The notes below the pieces were generated by a model. The model saw nothing but the letters and a program-made list of their open reading frames with translations, did no database searches and was not told the origin of the DNA. A program made the position numbers and the translations under genes. A DNA stretch of 62,971 bases, filler included, from Licmophora abbreviata (Eukaryota): NCBI GenBank assembly GCA_900291995.1. It is 17 parts of 17 records of this genome, joined end to end, with 100 filler letters (N's around TTAATTAATTAA, not from the genome) between each part and the next. Parts side by side here need not be neighbours in the genome. Positions count along the whole stretch, not along the records: positions 32,705 to 44,736 come from OLMU01006212.1; 16 more parts are not named here. One strand, 5' to 3'. Numbering within the stretch: the first letter of the stretch is position 1; each line of letters opens with the position of its first letter. Shown here piece after piece: positions 33,674 through 43,030 of the stretch.

Positions 33674-36085
33674 TCATCGTGCCTCCTCCGTGTCGCGATA
33701 GACCCACACAGACGGGTTTTCGACGGGTAGAACGGCGCCGGTCTGGGGGCATTTGTAATGGCTGGGGAGCACGTCAATCAGCTCCGGTGTAATCTCCCCG
33801 GTATCGAAGTCGACTTGCTCCCGGCTGGTCGCAAGACGCATAGCCTCGACGCAAAGATAGCCGTATTTGCTGCGTTCGGTGGCGAGGTCCAGCGCTGTCG
33901 CAGCGGCCCCGCGGACGAACTTCACGTAGCCTTTCGTGGTCAGCACGTTCAGCCGTTCGCGGATGATCGATTGCCCGCCCAACCCTGCGGTGTTCTCGAA
34001 GGTCTCAGCGAACAAGGTCATGGTGTACATCCGGCCCTGAAGGGCCTCCTCGTGCAAAAGGCCGCAGATGACATCACCTTTGCGGTCGCGTTCGGCATCG
34101 TGCTTTGACCCGACCTCCTGACGAGCCAGCCGTTCGTTCATCGGGTTGATCTCGACCCAATCGCCCTTGACCTTGTCGATGATCTTCGCCGCCAGCGCCG
34201 GCCCATTGCGCAACTCGATTTCCAATTTTCGCTGCGGGCTTTCCTCATCGGGGCGGTGGAGAATGAGCCCCGAGGTGTAGAAGCCGCGCAGGGCGCTGGC
34301 GCCGGAGAGTGCCAGAAACGGGTCATCCTTGACCTGCTGCTTGCTGAGCTTCTTGGTGTGGTGGACCAGGATGACCCCGCAATCAGGGTTGATGTGATCG
34401 CGCAGAACCTCGACCCGATCCTTGAGGAAGAACATCATCGCGGCATTGTCGTTTTCACCGGCGCCCTCGGGACCGCCGTCAAAGAGATTGCGGATCGGGT
34501 CGATGCAGATGATGTCAACAGGATCCGCTGAGAAGGCGCTCCGGATGGCTTCCGCCACGCGAACACTGCCCTCGGTGTCGAGCAGCATTTTCAGCTTCGG
34601 CGTGGCCACGAGGTTGTCACGGGCAGCCGCCATCAGGCTTGGTGGCAGCGTGATCTGCTGCATGCGCTCGCGCAGATAGTGATACTGGATCTCCGCCTGG
34701 AGATAGAAGATCCGTAGCGGGCGTGGCGGCGTGAAGCCAAGGAAGGGCTGGCCAGCGGCCATGTGCACCAGCCAGGAGATCAGCAGGTCGCTCTTGCCCA
34801 CCTTGGGTGCGCCCCCCAGCACCAGAAGCCCGCCCGGCGTCAGCACGCGTGGCGCAATGATATCCGCTGGCATCGGGCTCGTGTCATCGAGGAGCGCGCC
34901 GAGGGTGAAGGTGGGCATGTCGTCCGGGGCGGGTGCTGCGCTGTCGAGCCGGATTAGGGGTGGACCGTGCTTTTCGACATGGATGGCCCAGAGGCGCTCG
35001 GACTCACGCTTGAGCCGCTCCACCGGCCATTGGGGCCGCAGCATGGCGGCATTGTAGCCGCAGATCGCTTCCCAGCCTTCGTCCTTCGACAGCCGTCCCT
35101 CATGGACCATACGGATAAAATAGCCGATCGCGGCCGAGGCGCCCTCGAAGCGGGACCAGTCATCCTGACCGCCCTCGCGCACCGGCGTGACCAGCACCTC
35201 GTCCACGCGGGGCTTGTCAGGCGCGGTGAAATCCGGCGCGAGATTGACGCCCGGCGCGGGCGGCATATCGGCCACGGCCTCGATGAACTCGTCCAGTTCG
35301 CGTTCGCTCTCGCCGTTCAACTCCACAATCTGAACCTGGGTCTTGAGATTGTTCTTGTAATAGACGGACCCTGCCACGCGGATGGGCTGATGGGCGGAGC
35401 GGAAATGCATGTCACCGCCAACCTTGGCGGCAATGTCGCCCCGCAGGCGGGTCACGCGCGCAATTTCGCTGTCCTCTGCGGGCTCGGTGAGCTTCCACCA
35501 TACATGCGCCTTGCGCTGGCCCTCAGGCGTGATGCCACCGCTTTCCACAACCATGGTGGGCGGCCCAAGATGGCGCTCTAGATGGGCTCGTTTGGCGGCA
35601 ATGTCTCCGTTGTCGATGTCGACAACAATGGCCTGCATCTGCAGCACTTCGGCGGCCTTGGCTTGCCCTGCGGCAGCGACCGTGCCGGGGATCACATAGA
35701 CCGCTGCCCACTCACGCGCCGCCCAGTTGGCGAAGGTCGCCATCTTGTCGGTGGTGTTTTCACCGGCCTCGATCCAGATGTTATGGGGCCGGCCGTCGAT
35801 GCCCTGGCCCTTGTCGATGAAACTGCGCACCGGGATCAGCCCGTCGCAATAGCCGAAGACCACCTCCATGAACTGGGCGATCTGTTCTGGATCAGGTTCA
35901 TCACCGAAGACATCGGCCATGGGGGCGGCATCGTTGAAATCGCGCCAAGGGTTGAAGTGGATCAGGTTTTCCTTTGGCGCATCCGGCGCGCTTTCGCTCG
36001 CATCTTTGGGATCATCACTCTTAGCCACTTTAGCCTCCTTCCCTGTGTCGTCGTATTCAGGCGGGTCTTTCGGGGCGTCGGTCAT
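33674..36085 (-). CDS. Primase (RepB'-like) - AAA_25/RepA-like helicase fusion
   Basis: VVDID, VESGG..HVWW and IRVAGS primase motifs; GAPKVGKS Walker A, IICIDP Walker B, LVHHTKK and SGASAL. Confidence 0.88.
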   Translation of the reverse strand: MTDAPKDPPEYDDTGKEAKVAKSDDPKDASESAPDAPKENLIHFNPWRDFNDAAPMADVFGDEPDPEQIAQFMEVVFGYCDGLIPVRSFIDKGQGIDGRPHNIWIEAGENTTDKMATFANWAAREWAAVYVIPGTVAAAGQAKAAEVLQMQAIVVDIDNGDIAAKRAHLERHLGPPTMVVESGGITPEGQRKAHVWWKLTEPAEDSEIARVTRLRGDIAAKVGGDMHFRSAHQPIRVAGSVYYKNNLKTQVQIVELNGESERELDEFIEAVADMPPAPGVNLAPDFTAPDKPRVDEVLVTPVREGGQDDWSRFEGASAAIGYFIRMVHEGRLSKDEGWEAICGYNAAMLRPQWPVERLKRESERLWAIHVEKHGPPLIRLDSAAPAPDDMPTFTLGALLDDTSPMPADIIAPRVLTPGGLLVLGGAPKVGKSDLLISWLVHMAAGQPFLGFTPPRPLRIFYLQAEIQYHYLRERMQQITLPPSLMAAARDNLVATPKLKMLLDTEGSVRVAEAIRSAFSADPVDIICIDPIRNLFDGGPEGAGENDNAAMMFFLKDRVEVLRDHINPDCGVILVHHTKKLSKQQVKDDPFLALSGASALRGFYTSGLILHRPDEESPQRKLEIELRNGPALAAKIIDKVKGDWVEINPMNERLARQEVGSKHDAERDRKGDVICGLLHEEALQGRMYTMTLFAETFENTAGLGGQSIIRERLNVLTTKGYVKFVRGAAATALDLATERSKYGYLCVEAMRLATSREQVDFDTGEITPELIDVLPSHYKCPQTGAVLPVENPSVWVYRDTEEAR

Positions 36086-36852
36086 GTGGGCAGGCCCCAA
36101 CAGCGCTCGACCCAGGGGCAGAAGCGGCATTCGAAAAAGTCGCGATTGGCGGCGATGCGGGGCAGCAGTTCCCTGGCTTCTGTGGCGCGAAGGATGCGCA
36201 CACCGCGATCCGACATGCGCTGAGCCAGCTCGGCGTCGAACGGGACTTGCTCGTGGTAAAGCTCGGCCGTGTCCTTGTTGATCGCGGTGAACATGGCCGG
36301 GTTCGCGGAAATCCCCGGCACCTGCGCTTCCATATAGGCTTGATAGACGGCGATCTGGGCGGCGTAGATCGGCTTGGACTTGGTCACGCCGTCCTTAACG
36401 CAAGCGCGCCAGTTCTTCGCGTTCATGGTCTTGCATTCCCAGAGCGCAGGAACGGGAAGGCCAATGCCCTCGGGGCCACTGGCGATTATACCATCGACAT
36501 GGCCCCGAATGCGCCCACCCGCGACCGAGAAGCCGAACTGTTCGCCATCAGGGCGATTGCCCTTGCGGGTGTAGAGATCGAAGCCTGCCTGTCTGAGCCA
36601 GGCGACCGCCAGATCCTCCAGCGCGTGGCCGATGGCGAAGATGCGCAATGACTGGCCTGAGAAATCCTGGCCCTCGTCTTTGGGCGTGGCCGTGAACTCG
36701 AATTGCAGGGCGCGTTCGCAAGCATGGCCAAGGCGCGAGCCACCAAGATAATCGCGGGGTGTGCGGGTGGCGTTCTCGGTCGTGATCGCCGCGTCGACGG
36801 CTTCATTGACACGCTCGGCAAAGCTGGGTGCGTGGTTGAAATCCAGGGTCAA
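36082..36852 (-). CDS. Cas4-like PD-(D/E)XK exonuclease
   Basis: YLGGSRLGHACER, GHVDG, WECKT, YAAQIAVY and CRFCPW..RC. Confidence 0.85.
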   Translation of the reverse strand: MTLDFNHAPSFAERVNEAVDAAITTENATRTPRDYLGGSRLGHACERALQFEFTATPKDEGQDFSGQSLRIFAIGHALEDLAVAWLRQAGFDLYTRKGNRPDGEQFGFSVAGGRIRGHVDGIIASGPEGIGLPVPALWECKTMNAKNWRACVKDGVTKSKPIYAAQIAVYQAYMEAQVPGISANPAMFTAINKDTAELYHEQVPFDAELAQRMSDRGVRILRATEARELLPRIAANRDFFECRFCPWVERCWGLPT

Positions 36853-37283
36853 AACGGAACTCCCTCGCCGAGTTCCGCATTGATTTCGAACATCTCGTTG
36901 CGGAAGGTGTCGATGGCCACGACTAGCAGGGCGTGCATTTGATACTCTGTCAGATCCGCAAAAGTTCGATCCCAACCGATATCATCAATTTCCCGGCCGA
37001 CTGCGCGCATGACGGCAGGCATCGCCATTGCTTCTTCTTCGGTTATCTCTGCCATGTTCAGTCCTTTCCTGGCTTTTCGGATGAAGGCCGACTGGCATTG
37101 CTGGGAGCAAAACCAGCGGGATGTGCGTTTGCCGCGGGGCTTGTGCGGATCGAACCAGCCAAAGCCGCGCGTGCGCGATGTGCAGGCGGCGCAAAGCTGA
37201 CCTCGCGGATGCCAGAGGCGATCAAAGCCCGGGCGATCCGCAGCCTCTGCGGGCGGAGATTGCATTTGCGCGACATGGCTCAT
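36849..37283 (-). CDS. Zn-finger / DUF6511-like protein
   Basis: CAAC..FCSQQCQ and C-terminal GVPF; overlaps both neighbours. Confidence 0.65.
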   Translation of the reverse strand: MSHVAQMQSPPAEAADRPGFDRLWHPRGQLCAACTSRTRGFGWFDPHKPRGKRTSRWFCSQQCQSAFIRKARKGLNMAEITEEEAMAMPAVMRAVGREIDDIGWDRTFADLTEYQMHALLVVAIDTFRNEMFEINAELGEGVPF

Positions 37284-38974
37284 GCCGCCTCCCGCGCGGT
37301 TGGTGCCGCAGCCATGATCAAGCTGCGGATCTCGCGCTTGTTGAAGGTGAAGGTCATCAGCGCCGAGGCCTTGTAGCGGGTCAGGCCATAGTCGCTGCGC
37401 GCATCAGGAGAGAGGTATTGCAGTTGCTTGTCTGTGGCGGGCTGGCTCAGCCAGCCGCGCGTCTTGAAGGCACTCTCGTCAGTTTCATGCTCATTGAGCC
37501 AGTCATCGGCCTGCGCAAGACACACGGACCGCTCGCCAATGCCCAGAAGTCGGGTCTGGGCTCCTTTGCGGCCACCAACCGCATACCACTGGCCCTGATA
37601 CCAGAAGATGCCACCCCAGGCCGTGAAGCCCGTGGCCATCAGCGCATCCTCCGAGCCGAAGAGGTCGACCCATTCGAAACTCGAGCGCTTCAGAAGGTCG
37701 ATTTCCGTCATCACGAAGCCGGAGAGCGCATCTCCCAGCTCTCCCTCCTGGCTCTCCGCCTCATCCTCTTCGACGAGCAACGCCCCGCAGATGGGACATT
37801 CGCGTGCCGCCAAGGGAATATCAGCCGCGCAGTCCGGGCAGGTCTTTGTCAGGGCATCCCCGCTGCCGGTAGCCCCGTCGAGATCCACATCCTGTTCCAG
37901 CGTGCCATGGGTCAGGCTCGACGTCCCGAAATCCAGCACGATACAGTCGGTCTTGATCACGCCCGCGAACTCGGCGGGATCGACAGTGCGCAGGCCCCGG
38001 CCCACCATCTGGATCATGGTCGATTTGTAGGAGCTGGGGCGCAGCAGCACGACGCAGGAAGTGGGCGGGTGGTCCCAACCCTCAGTGAGCACGGCCACGT
38101 TGGTGATGACGCGGATTTCGCCGTGGGCGAAGGCGGCCAGAATGTTGCGCCGTTCCTCGCCGGGCAGATCACCATGGATCCGCCCCGTAGGGATGCCGGC
38201 TGCGTTGAATGCCTCGGCCACATGCGCCGCATGCGCCACTGTGGAGCAGAAGACGACAGTCGGGCGATCCTTGGCCTTGTCCTGCCAATGGCGGATCACC
38301 TCCTCTGTTATTGGCGCGCGGTCCATGATCTCGGCCACTTCGGCCATGTCGAAATCCGACACGGTCTTGCGCACGGCCTTGAGCTTGTCCTGCACGCCGA
38401 CATCGATCACGAAGGTGCGCGGCGGCACCAGGTGACCCGAGGCGATCAACTCACCCAGCCGCACCTGGTCGGCGACATTGTCGAAGACCGCCCGCAGCCC
38501 CTTTTTGTCGCCCCGGTTCGGTGTGGCCGTGACCCCGAAAATGCGTGCCTCTGGATTGGCATCGCGCACATGATCGATGAGGCGACGGTAACTGTCAGCC
38601 ACGGCATGATGCGCCTCATCGATGACCAGCAGGTCTAGCTTCGGCATGGCAGCCAGATTGCGTTCGCGCGTCAGCGTCGGGACCATCGCGAAAGTCACCT
38701 GCCCGCCCCAGGACTTGGTCGTGGCATCTACTACGGAGGTGGTGATTGCCGGATTGACCCGTCCGAACTTCTCCCGGTTCTGTGCGGTCAACTCGTCACG
38801 GTGGGCGAGCACACAGGCCTTGGCGTCAGTGTCGCCGATGCTTTCGCCGGTGACCGCCGACAGCATGATCGTCTTGCCCGCTCCCGTCGGCGCGATGCCG
38901 AGCGTGTTGTTGCGGGTGCCGAGCGCAGACAGGCTGCGCTCGACGAAGAGTTTCTGGCGGGGACGCAATCGCAT
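37280..38974 (-). CDS. SF2 DEAH-box helicase
   Basis: PTGAGKT, IDEAHH, TATP, LTEGWD and QMVGRGLR motifs plus a Zn finger. Confidence 0.95.
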   Translation of the reverse strand: MRLRPRQKLFVERSLSALGTRNNTLGIAPTGAGKTIMLSAVTGESIGDTDAKACVLAHRDELTAQNREKFGRVNPAITTSVVDATTKSWGGQVTFAMVPTLTRERNLAAMPKLDLLVIDEAHHAVADSYRRLIDHVRDANPEARIFGVTATPNRGDKKGLRAVFDNVADQVRLGELIASGHLVPPRTFVIDVGVQDKLKAVRKTVSDFDMAEVAEIMDRAPITEEVIRHWQDKAKDRPTVVFCSTVAHAAHVAEAFNAAGIPTGRIHGDLPGEERRNILAAFAHGEIRVITNVAVLTEGWDHPPTSCVVLLRPSSYKSTMIQMVGRGLRTVDPAEFAGVIKTDCIVLDFGTSSLTHGTLEQDVDLDGATGSGDALTKTCPDCAADIPLAARECPICGALLVEEDEAESQEGELGDALSGFVMTEIDLLKRSSFEWVDLFGSEDALMATGFTAWGGIFWYQGQWYAVGGRKGAQTRLLGIGERSVCLAQADDWLNEHETDESAFKTRGWLSQPATDKQLQYLSPDARSDYGLTRYKASALMTFTFNKREIRSLIMAAAPTAREAA

Positions 38975-38985
38975 GGCGTGTCCCC

Positions 38986-39600
38986 TCACTCAGCCCAGCT
39001 GGGCCGGCCGGTGAACCCGGGGCTGGCTGGCGGTTGCGCCGGCGCTTGGGCGGTCTGTTGCGGGGATTGCGGCGCGGCGGGGGCACTCGGCAGAGTGGAC
39101 GCCGCAAGCCCCATGACAGACGCGTAATCGCGATGGTTTGGCGCCAGTGCGCTTTTGATCTCGTTTTTCTCCTCCCCATTGCTGTCGGTGCCGACATCGA
39201 TGCGGGCAACAAATTCCAGGCCATCAAGTTCGTGGAAGCCGGCAATCCGGCGCCGCGCCTGGGCCTCGGGCGAGTTGTCCTTGTCGGAAATCCCGCGAGA
39301 CGAATTGAGGATACCCCGGATCAGGCTGCGCCCCATATTGGCCCAGTTCGGGCCATTGGGGCTGTAGAGCCCGATCATCGACCAGATCTTACGCTTGGCG
39401 TAAGGCCCTTCGAGCACCGTGAATTCGGCATCGAGATAGACAGCGCCCGTGCCGCCGCGCTTGGCATAGCCGCCGGTCCAGCCCTGCGCCGGATCGTCAA
39501 ACCCGCCCGGGCGGATGGTCAGGCGCACCTTGGCGATCGTGCCTTTGGGGATCAGATTGATGTTTGACTGTGCGTCGTTGAAATCGTTCCAGAGAGACAT
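38986..39600 (-). CDS. Putative phage single-stranded DNA-binding protein
   Basis: LIPKG..YLDAEFTVLEGPYAKRKIW; Pro/Ala tail ending RPSWAE; follows the AAA ATPase. Confidence 0.65.
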   Translation of the reverse strand: MSLWNDFNDAQSNINLIPKGTIAKVRLTIRPGGFDDPAQGWTGGYAKRGGTGAVYLDAEFTVLEGPYAKRKIWSMIGLYSPNGPNWANMGRSLIRGILNSSRGISDKDNSPEAQARRRIAGFHELDGLEFVARIDVGTDSNGEEKNEIKSALAPNHRDYASVMGLAASTLPSAPAAPQSPQQTAQAPAQPPASPGFTGRPSWAE

Positions 39601-39613
39601 CGCTCAAGTCCTT

Positions 39614-40507
39614 TCAGTTGGCGGAAACGTTGGGGGTGTCAGCCATCGCAGGGGACGGCTTTGGGAGTTGCGGTGACTGGTAGATCAGCCGGCGTTCGGC
39701 GGGCGCGAGGGGGCCACGGATCTTGTCCATCAGCTGACCCAGATGCGGCGGCTCGGTCAGATCGAGACGACCGGAGCGATCCTTGGCAGGGAAGCCCCAG
39801 GGGTTGAGGGTTTGGCAAACGAAGCCGCGCTGGAGCTGCCCGTCCTCACCCTTGATCTCGGCCATGGTAATGACCTGATCAACGATGCCCGGCAGCTCGA
39901 GCCCGGTCTTGGACCCATCGATCTGCGGCATGAAGACCTTGCGATTGAAGTCGTCGAGCTTCTCGTCGAGGATGCCGACAAACCAAACATTCTTGCCGCG
40001 CGTGTGCTGCAGATGGGTCAGCCAAGCGATCATCTCGCGCCCATGCAAGCCGTAGGCGCCGCGCACATCGGGCTTTCCTGTTTTTTCTGAATGCGCCTCA
40101 GGCTGCCCCTTGCACCATTGAAAGCAGAGCCGCCCGGCCACGGTGATCGAGTCGATGAAGACCGTGTCATACTTGTCGAGCGCGGCTGGATCGCCGAACT
40201 TCTGGCAAACGGCCGCATAATGCGCGGGGCTATAGGCTTGATCATCGCGCAGCGCCGGGTTCGGCCCGCCAATAAACACCGCGAAATCCCGGCATTCGGT
40301 CCAGGTGCGCGGCCGGATGGCGTCGATCGCCAGCCCTTCGATGGCCAGGTCCCCAGCTTCTAGATCAAAAAACAGCGTGGTGGAGGCGTTCAGCGTCCAG
40401 AGCAGGCTGGTCTTGCCGATACCAGAACGACCGAAAATCACGCCCTTGATGCCCCGGGCCTCAGCCAAACGCTGATCGGCAGTGATGATGGGAAGCGCGC
40501 CGGTCAT
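39614..40507 (-). CDS. AAA_24/Sak4-like ATPase
   Basis: GRSGIGKT, DLEAG, VFIDSIT and PAKDRSG. Confidence 0.85.
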   Translation of the reverse strand: MTGALPIITADQRLAEARGIKGVIFGRSGIGKTSLLWTLNASTTLFFDLEAGDLAIEGLAIDAIRPRTWTECRDFAVFIGGPNPALRDDQAYSPAHYAAVCQKFGDPAALDKYDTVFIDSITVAGRLCFQWCKGQPEAHSEKTGKPDVRGAYGLHGREMIAWLTHLQHTRGKNVWFVGILDEKLDDFNRKVFMPQIDGSKTGLELPGIVDQVITMAEIKGEDGQLQRGFVCQTLNPWGFPAKDRSGRLDLTEPPHLGQLMDKIRGPLAPAERRLIYQSPQLPKPSPAMADTPNVSAN

Positions 40508-40989
40508 GCCGCCTCTCCCGGTTCAAGCGTGATCTTCAGCGCCCCAACTCTTACGGTGCGCGCGGGCTCGAACCCCTTCCGCCAAGCCTCGGGCAGTGCG
40601 CCGTATTTGCGCTCCGAAACCGTCAGCTTGGTGTCGATGAACTCAGATGGATCCTCACCGCTGTCAGCGATGTTGGCTGCGATCTGCGCAAGCTTCTCTT
40701 GGTTCCAGTCGACGCGTTTCGGCAGATCGGCCACCACGGTGTAATAACCGTCAGCCAGCCGCACAGTACCAGTGTCCTTACCACAGGCACGGCGGGCCTC
40801 GGCGGCGCGCGTGGAGTAGCGCACCTCGAGGGCTGCGTTGAAACGTGCGGTGGCGGATTTGTGCTGGCGGGCGGCATGCGTGAGTTCCGCCTGCAAACCT
40901 GCCAGCAACTCAACCGGCATTTGAGCCAACTCGCCAATCGGCATGTTGAGCATGTCATCCACGCTCCGGGTGTTTTGAGGATAAGGCAT
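40504..40989 (-). CDS. Conserved hypothetical phage protein
   Basis: SD AGGAG; GKDTGTV..LPKRVDWNQ..VSERKY..F.PARTV. Confidence 0.75.
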   Translation of the reverse strand: MPYPQNTRSVDDMLNMPIGELAQMPVELLAGLQAELTHAARQHKSATARFNAALEVRYSTRAAEARRACGKDTGTVRLADGYYTVVADLPKRVDWNQEKLAQIAANIADSGEDPSEFIDTKLTVSERKYGALPEAWRKGFEPARTVRVGALKITLEPGEAA

Positions 40990-41012
40990 GGGGTCTCCTT
41001 TCTTGGGGTAAG

Positions 41013-41348
41013 TCAGGCCGCTTCTGCGAGCTGCTTGACGGCTTTTTCCGTGCGGGGTGTCTTGGGTCGGGCGATGGCCTGGTAGGAAAACAGGTCTGGG
41101 CCCAGCCGTTTCTGGACGAGGTGCACGAGCCCATGGCATTCGCTCCAGAAGGCGCGGTCGCGCAGCAGCGCCAGTTCAGCGCGGGCATTGAGATCCAAAC
41201 CTGACGTGACCTTGTCGGCATCCACCGCGAGATGGCCGCGATGGTATTCCAGGCAGTCGCCTGGCACAGCCTGAGCCACCCAGGCACAAAACTGGATCTC
41301 CGTCAGAGCGCGGCTGGCGCGTACGGTGGCAAAACGGGTGTGTTGCAT
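41013..41348 (-). CDS. Conserved hypothetical phage protein, first gene of the replication operon
   Basis: SD GAGGAGG; FCAWV.QA.PGD.LEYHRG.L..LVHLVQ.R. Confidence 0.75.
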   Translation of the reverse strand: MQHTRFATVRASRALTEIQFCAWVAQAVPGDCLEYHRGHLAVDADKVTSGLDLNARAELALLRDRAFWSECHGLVHLVQKRLGPDLFSYQAIARPKTPRTEKAVKQLAEAA

Positions 41349-41369
41349 GAAATTGGCCTCCTCAATATT

Positions 41370-41400
41370 CTCCTACTCACGCCGAAGCGAAATCGTCCCA
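41370..41400 (-). promoter_or_regulatory. Bipartite promoter-like site, copy 1 (TGGGACG-N14-TGAGTAGGAG)
   Basis: Same boxes and spacing as 44310-44340; lies 22 nt upstream of ORF 41348. Confidence 0.75.
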
Positions 41401-41973
41401 TGAGGGGCCGACGCCGAAGGCGGTCAGCACAGGTCGAAGGTCCGCAAGGCGCCGATAAAGTGCCGAGCGGCTGGCAAAACCCTCAGAAACAAGCTCGGCA
41501 ACAGAGCGATGAGCAAGAGCCCGGCAGAGTGAGCGCTGATCGGCTGAGAGGAGCGATACCGCGCAGTGCAGCGCATGTTGACGCTCGAAGGCGAGATGCT
41601 TGCAGGTTGGCTGGCCATACCAGGCTGCAAGGCCGTCATCTTCTGACAGGGTTTCGCAGAGAGGACGCGGATCGGCCTCGTCGCGGGGGGCATCTAGGGA
41701 CAGATGCCCGCCGTTTTCCACGTCTCGGGTCCGCATGATGCGCAGCGCGATGCGCGACGACTGGTTTTTTAGGATGATGCCAGCGAACGCACCCAAGCTG
41801 CCACGCGATCTGTCGAAGGCCGGCAGGCGGCGCAGCAGATCCACCAGCAGGTCCTGGCCAAGATCCTCGACTTCGCGACTAGGCAGACCCAGTCTGCGCC
41901 GCAACTTGCGTGCGGCCATGTTGGCCTCGAAGATGAGGGTTTCAATATCGTCTGGGGTGAGCTCGATCTGCAT
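41377..41973 (-). CDS. Phage-encoded ECF-like sigma-70 factor
   Basis: Region-2-like EDLGQDLLVDLLRRLPAFDRSRGSLGAF, LSLDAP, and region-4-like L..DQR.L..SRSALYRRL. Confidence 0.75.
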   Translation of the reverse strand: MQIELTPDDIETLIFEANMAARKLRRRLGLPSREVEDLGQDLLVDLLRRLPAFDRSRGSLGAFAGIILKNQSSRIALRIMRTRDVENGGHLSLDAPRDEADPRPLCETLSEDDGLAAWYGQPTCKHLAFERQHALHCAVSLLSADQRSLCRALAHRSVAELVSEGFASRSALYRRLADLRPVLTAFGVGPSWDDFASA

Positions 41974-42079
41974 TGTTGCGGTCCTTGGTCATCGTTTCGG
42001 ATGAGCCCAAGGTGCCGGATGCAGCGTCCCCTTCGGTGGGAACTGGGTGGGAATATGGTGGGCGTTTGGTGGAAACGCG

Positions 42080-43030
42080 TCAGCCGTCGATCACGATTTC
42101 GGTGGCGGGAATGCTCAGATAATACCCTCGATTGCGCGCGACCACGATCAGCGCCATCACCTCTTCCTTCGAGAAACCCGCCGCTTTGAATGCGTCGCGC
42201 AGTTCCCGGATCAAATCTTTTGCCTCGCGTCCCGACGTGCCCTCAAGCTTCGGGCCAGAAACGATGGGATCGCGGGTTCTGCCTGCATCTGCGAGCTGGC
42301 GAAACACCGGAAACAGTTGATGCGAGAGGATGACCGAACGGCCCATCCATTGAACTTCGCCGGTTCCTGAACGAAGCTGAAGCTTCGGTTTCGATGCTGC
42401 AGGCTCAATCACACCGCCATCGACCGTGGCCCCAAAGGGCCCTGAGCCCGGGATCAGCGCATGCGCTGTCTCAACGGCAAGAATGCCCGCGTCCTCAAAG
42501 GTCAGTGCGATATTGGTCGGCAGCTTCGGGCCAAGAAGCGTGATGCCTTGCTCTTTTGCCGCCTGTCGAAGGCGCAGCAGCGCGCCGTCATACGCGACCG
42601 AACGCACCTCCAGCGTCAAGAACACACTCCGGCCAGAAGCCATACTACCGAGCATCCAAAGGCCTGCAGCGATTTCCGGCGGGTCTGCCGAGAAGCCCGC
42701 AGTGATGCCGATTGCAGAGGCCAAACTCCCCGCTTCGATGGAATAGGCCCGCAGATCATCCTCGCTGAGATCGATATCACGACGGCGATCCAGCGGACAT
42801 TCCGCCCGAAACCCGGTGCCGTTGGGGCGAATTTTGCGCGCCGCCAGCCCACAATCACACAGGTCGCAGGTATCCCAATGTGTCAACGAGGCCTGCTCGA
42901 TGAGCACGCCCCGCGCAAGCAAGCGTTTGAAAACTGGCTCCGGGATCGAAGCCGCCATATCGCCGGCAAGGATTGCGTCGTTCCCGGCTTCACTCAGCCG
43001 CGTCAACAACCTCAAAATCGTCTCGGTCAT
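42080..43030 (-). CDS. Hypothetical protein with Cys cluster and C-terminal winged-helix domain
   Basis: CDLCDC..ECP; C-terminal IRELR..RNRGYYL resembles an OmpR-type wHTH. Confidence 0.6.
   Translation of the reverse strand: MTETILRLLTRLSEAGNDAILAGDMAASIPEPVFKRLLARGVLIEQASLTHWDTCDLCDCGLAARKIRPNGTGFRAECPLDRRRDIDLSEDDLRAYSIEAGSLASAIGITAGFSADPPEIAAGLWMLGSMASGRSVFLTLEVRSVAYDGALLRLRQAAKEQGITLLGPKLPTNIALTFEDAGILAVETAHALIPGSGPFGATVDGGVIEPAASKPKLQLRSGTGEVQWMGRSVILSHQLFPVFRQLADAGRTRDPIVSGPKLEGTSGREAKDLIRELRDAFKAAGFSKEEVMALIVVARNRGYYLSIPATEIVIDG

Noticed and set aside
33258..33792. ORFs spanning the iteron region, including the long RuvC N-terminal extension
   Set aside because: They are translations of repeats; RuvC has a good SD and ATG at 33265.
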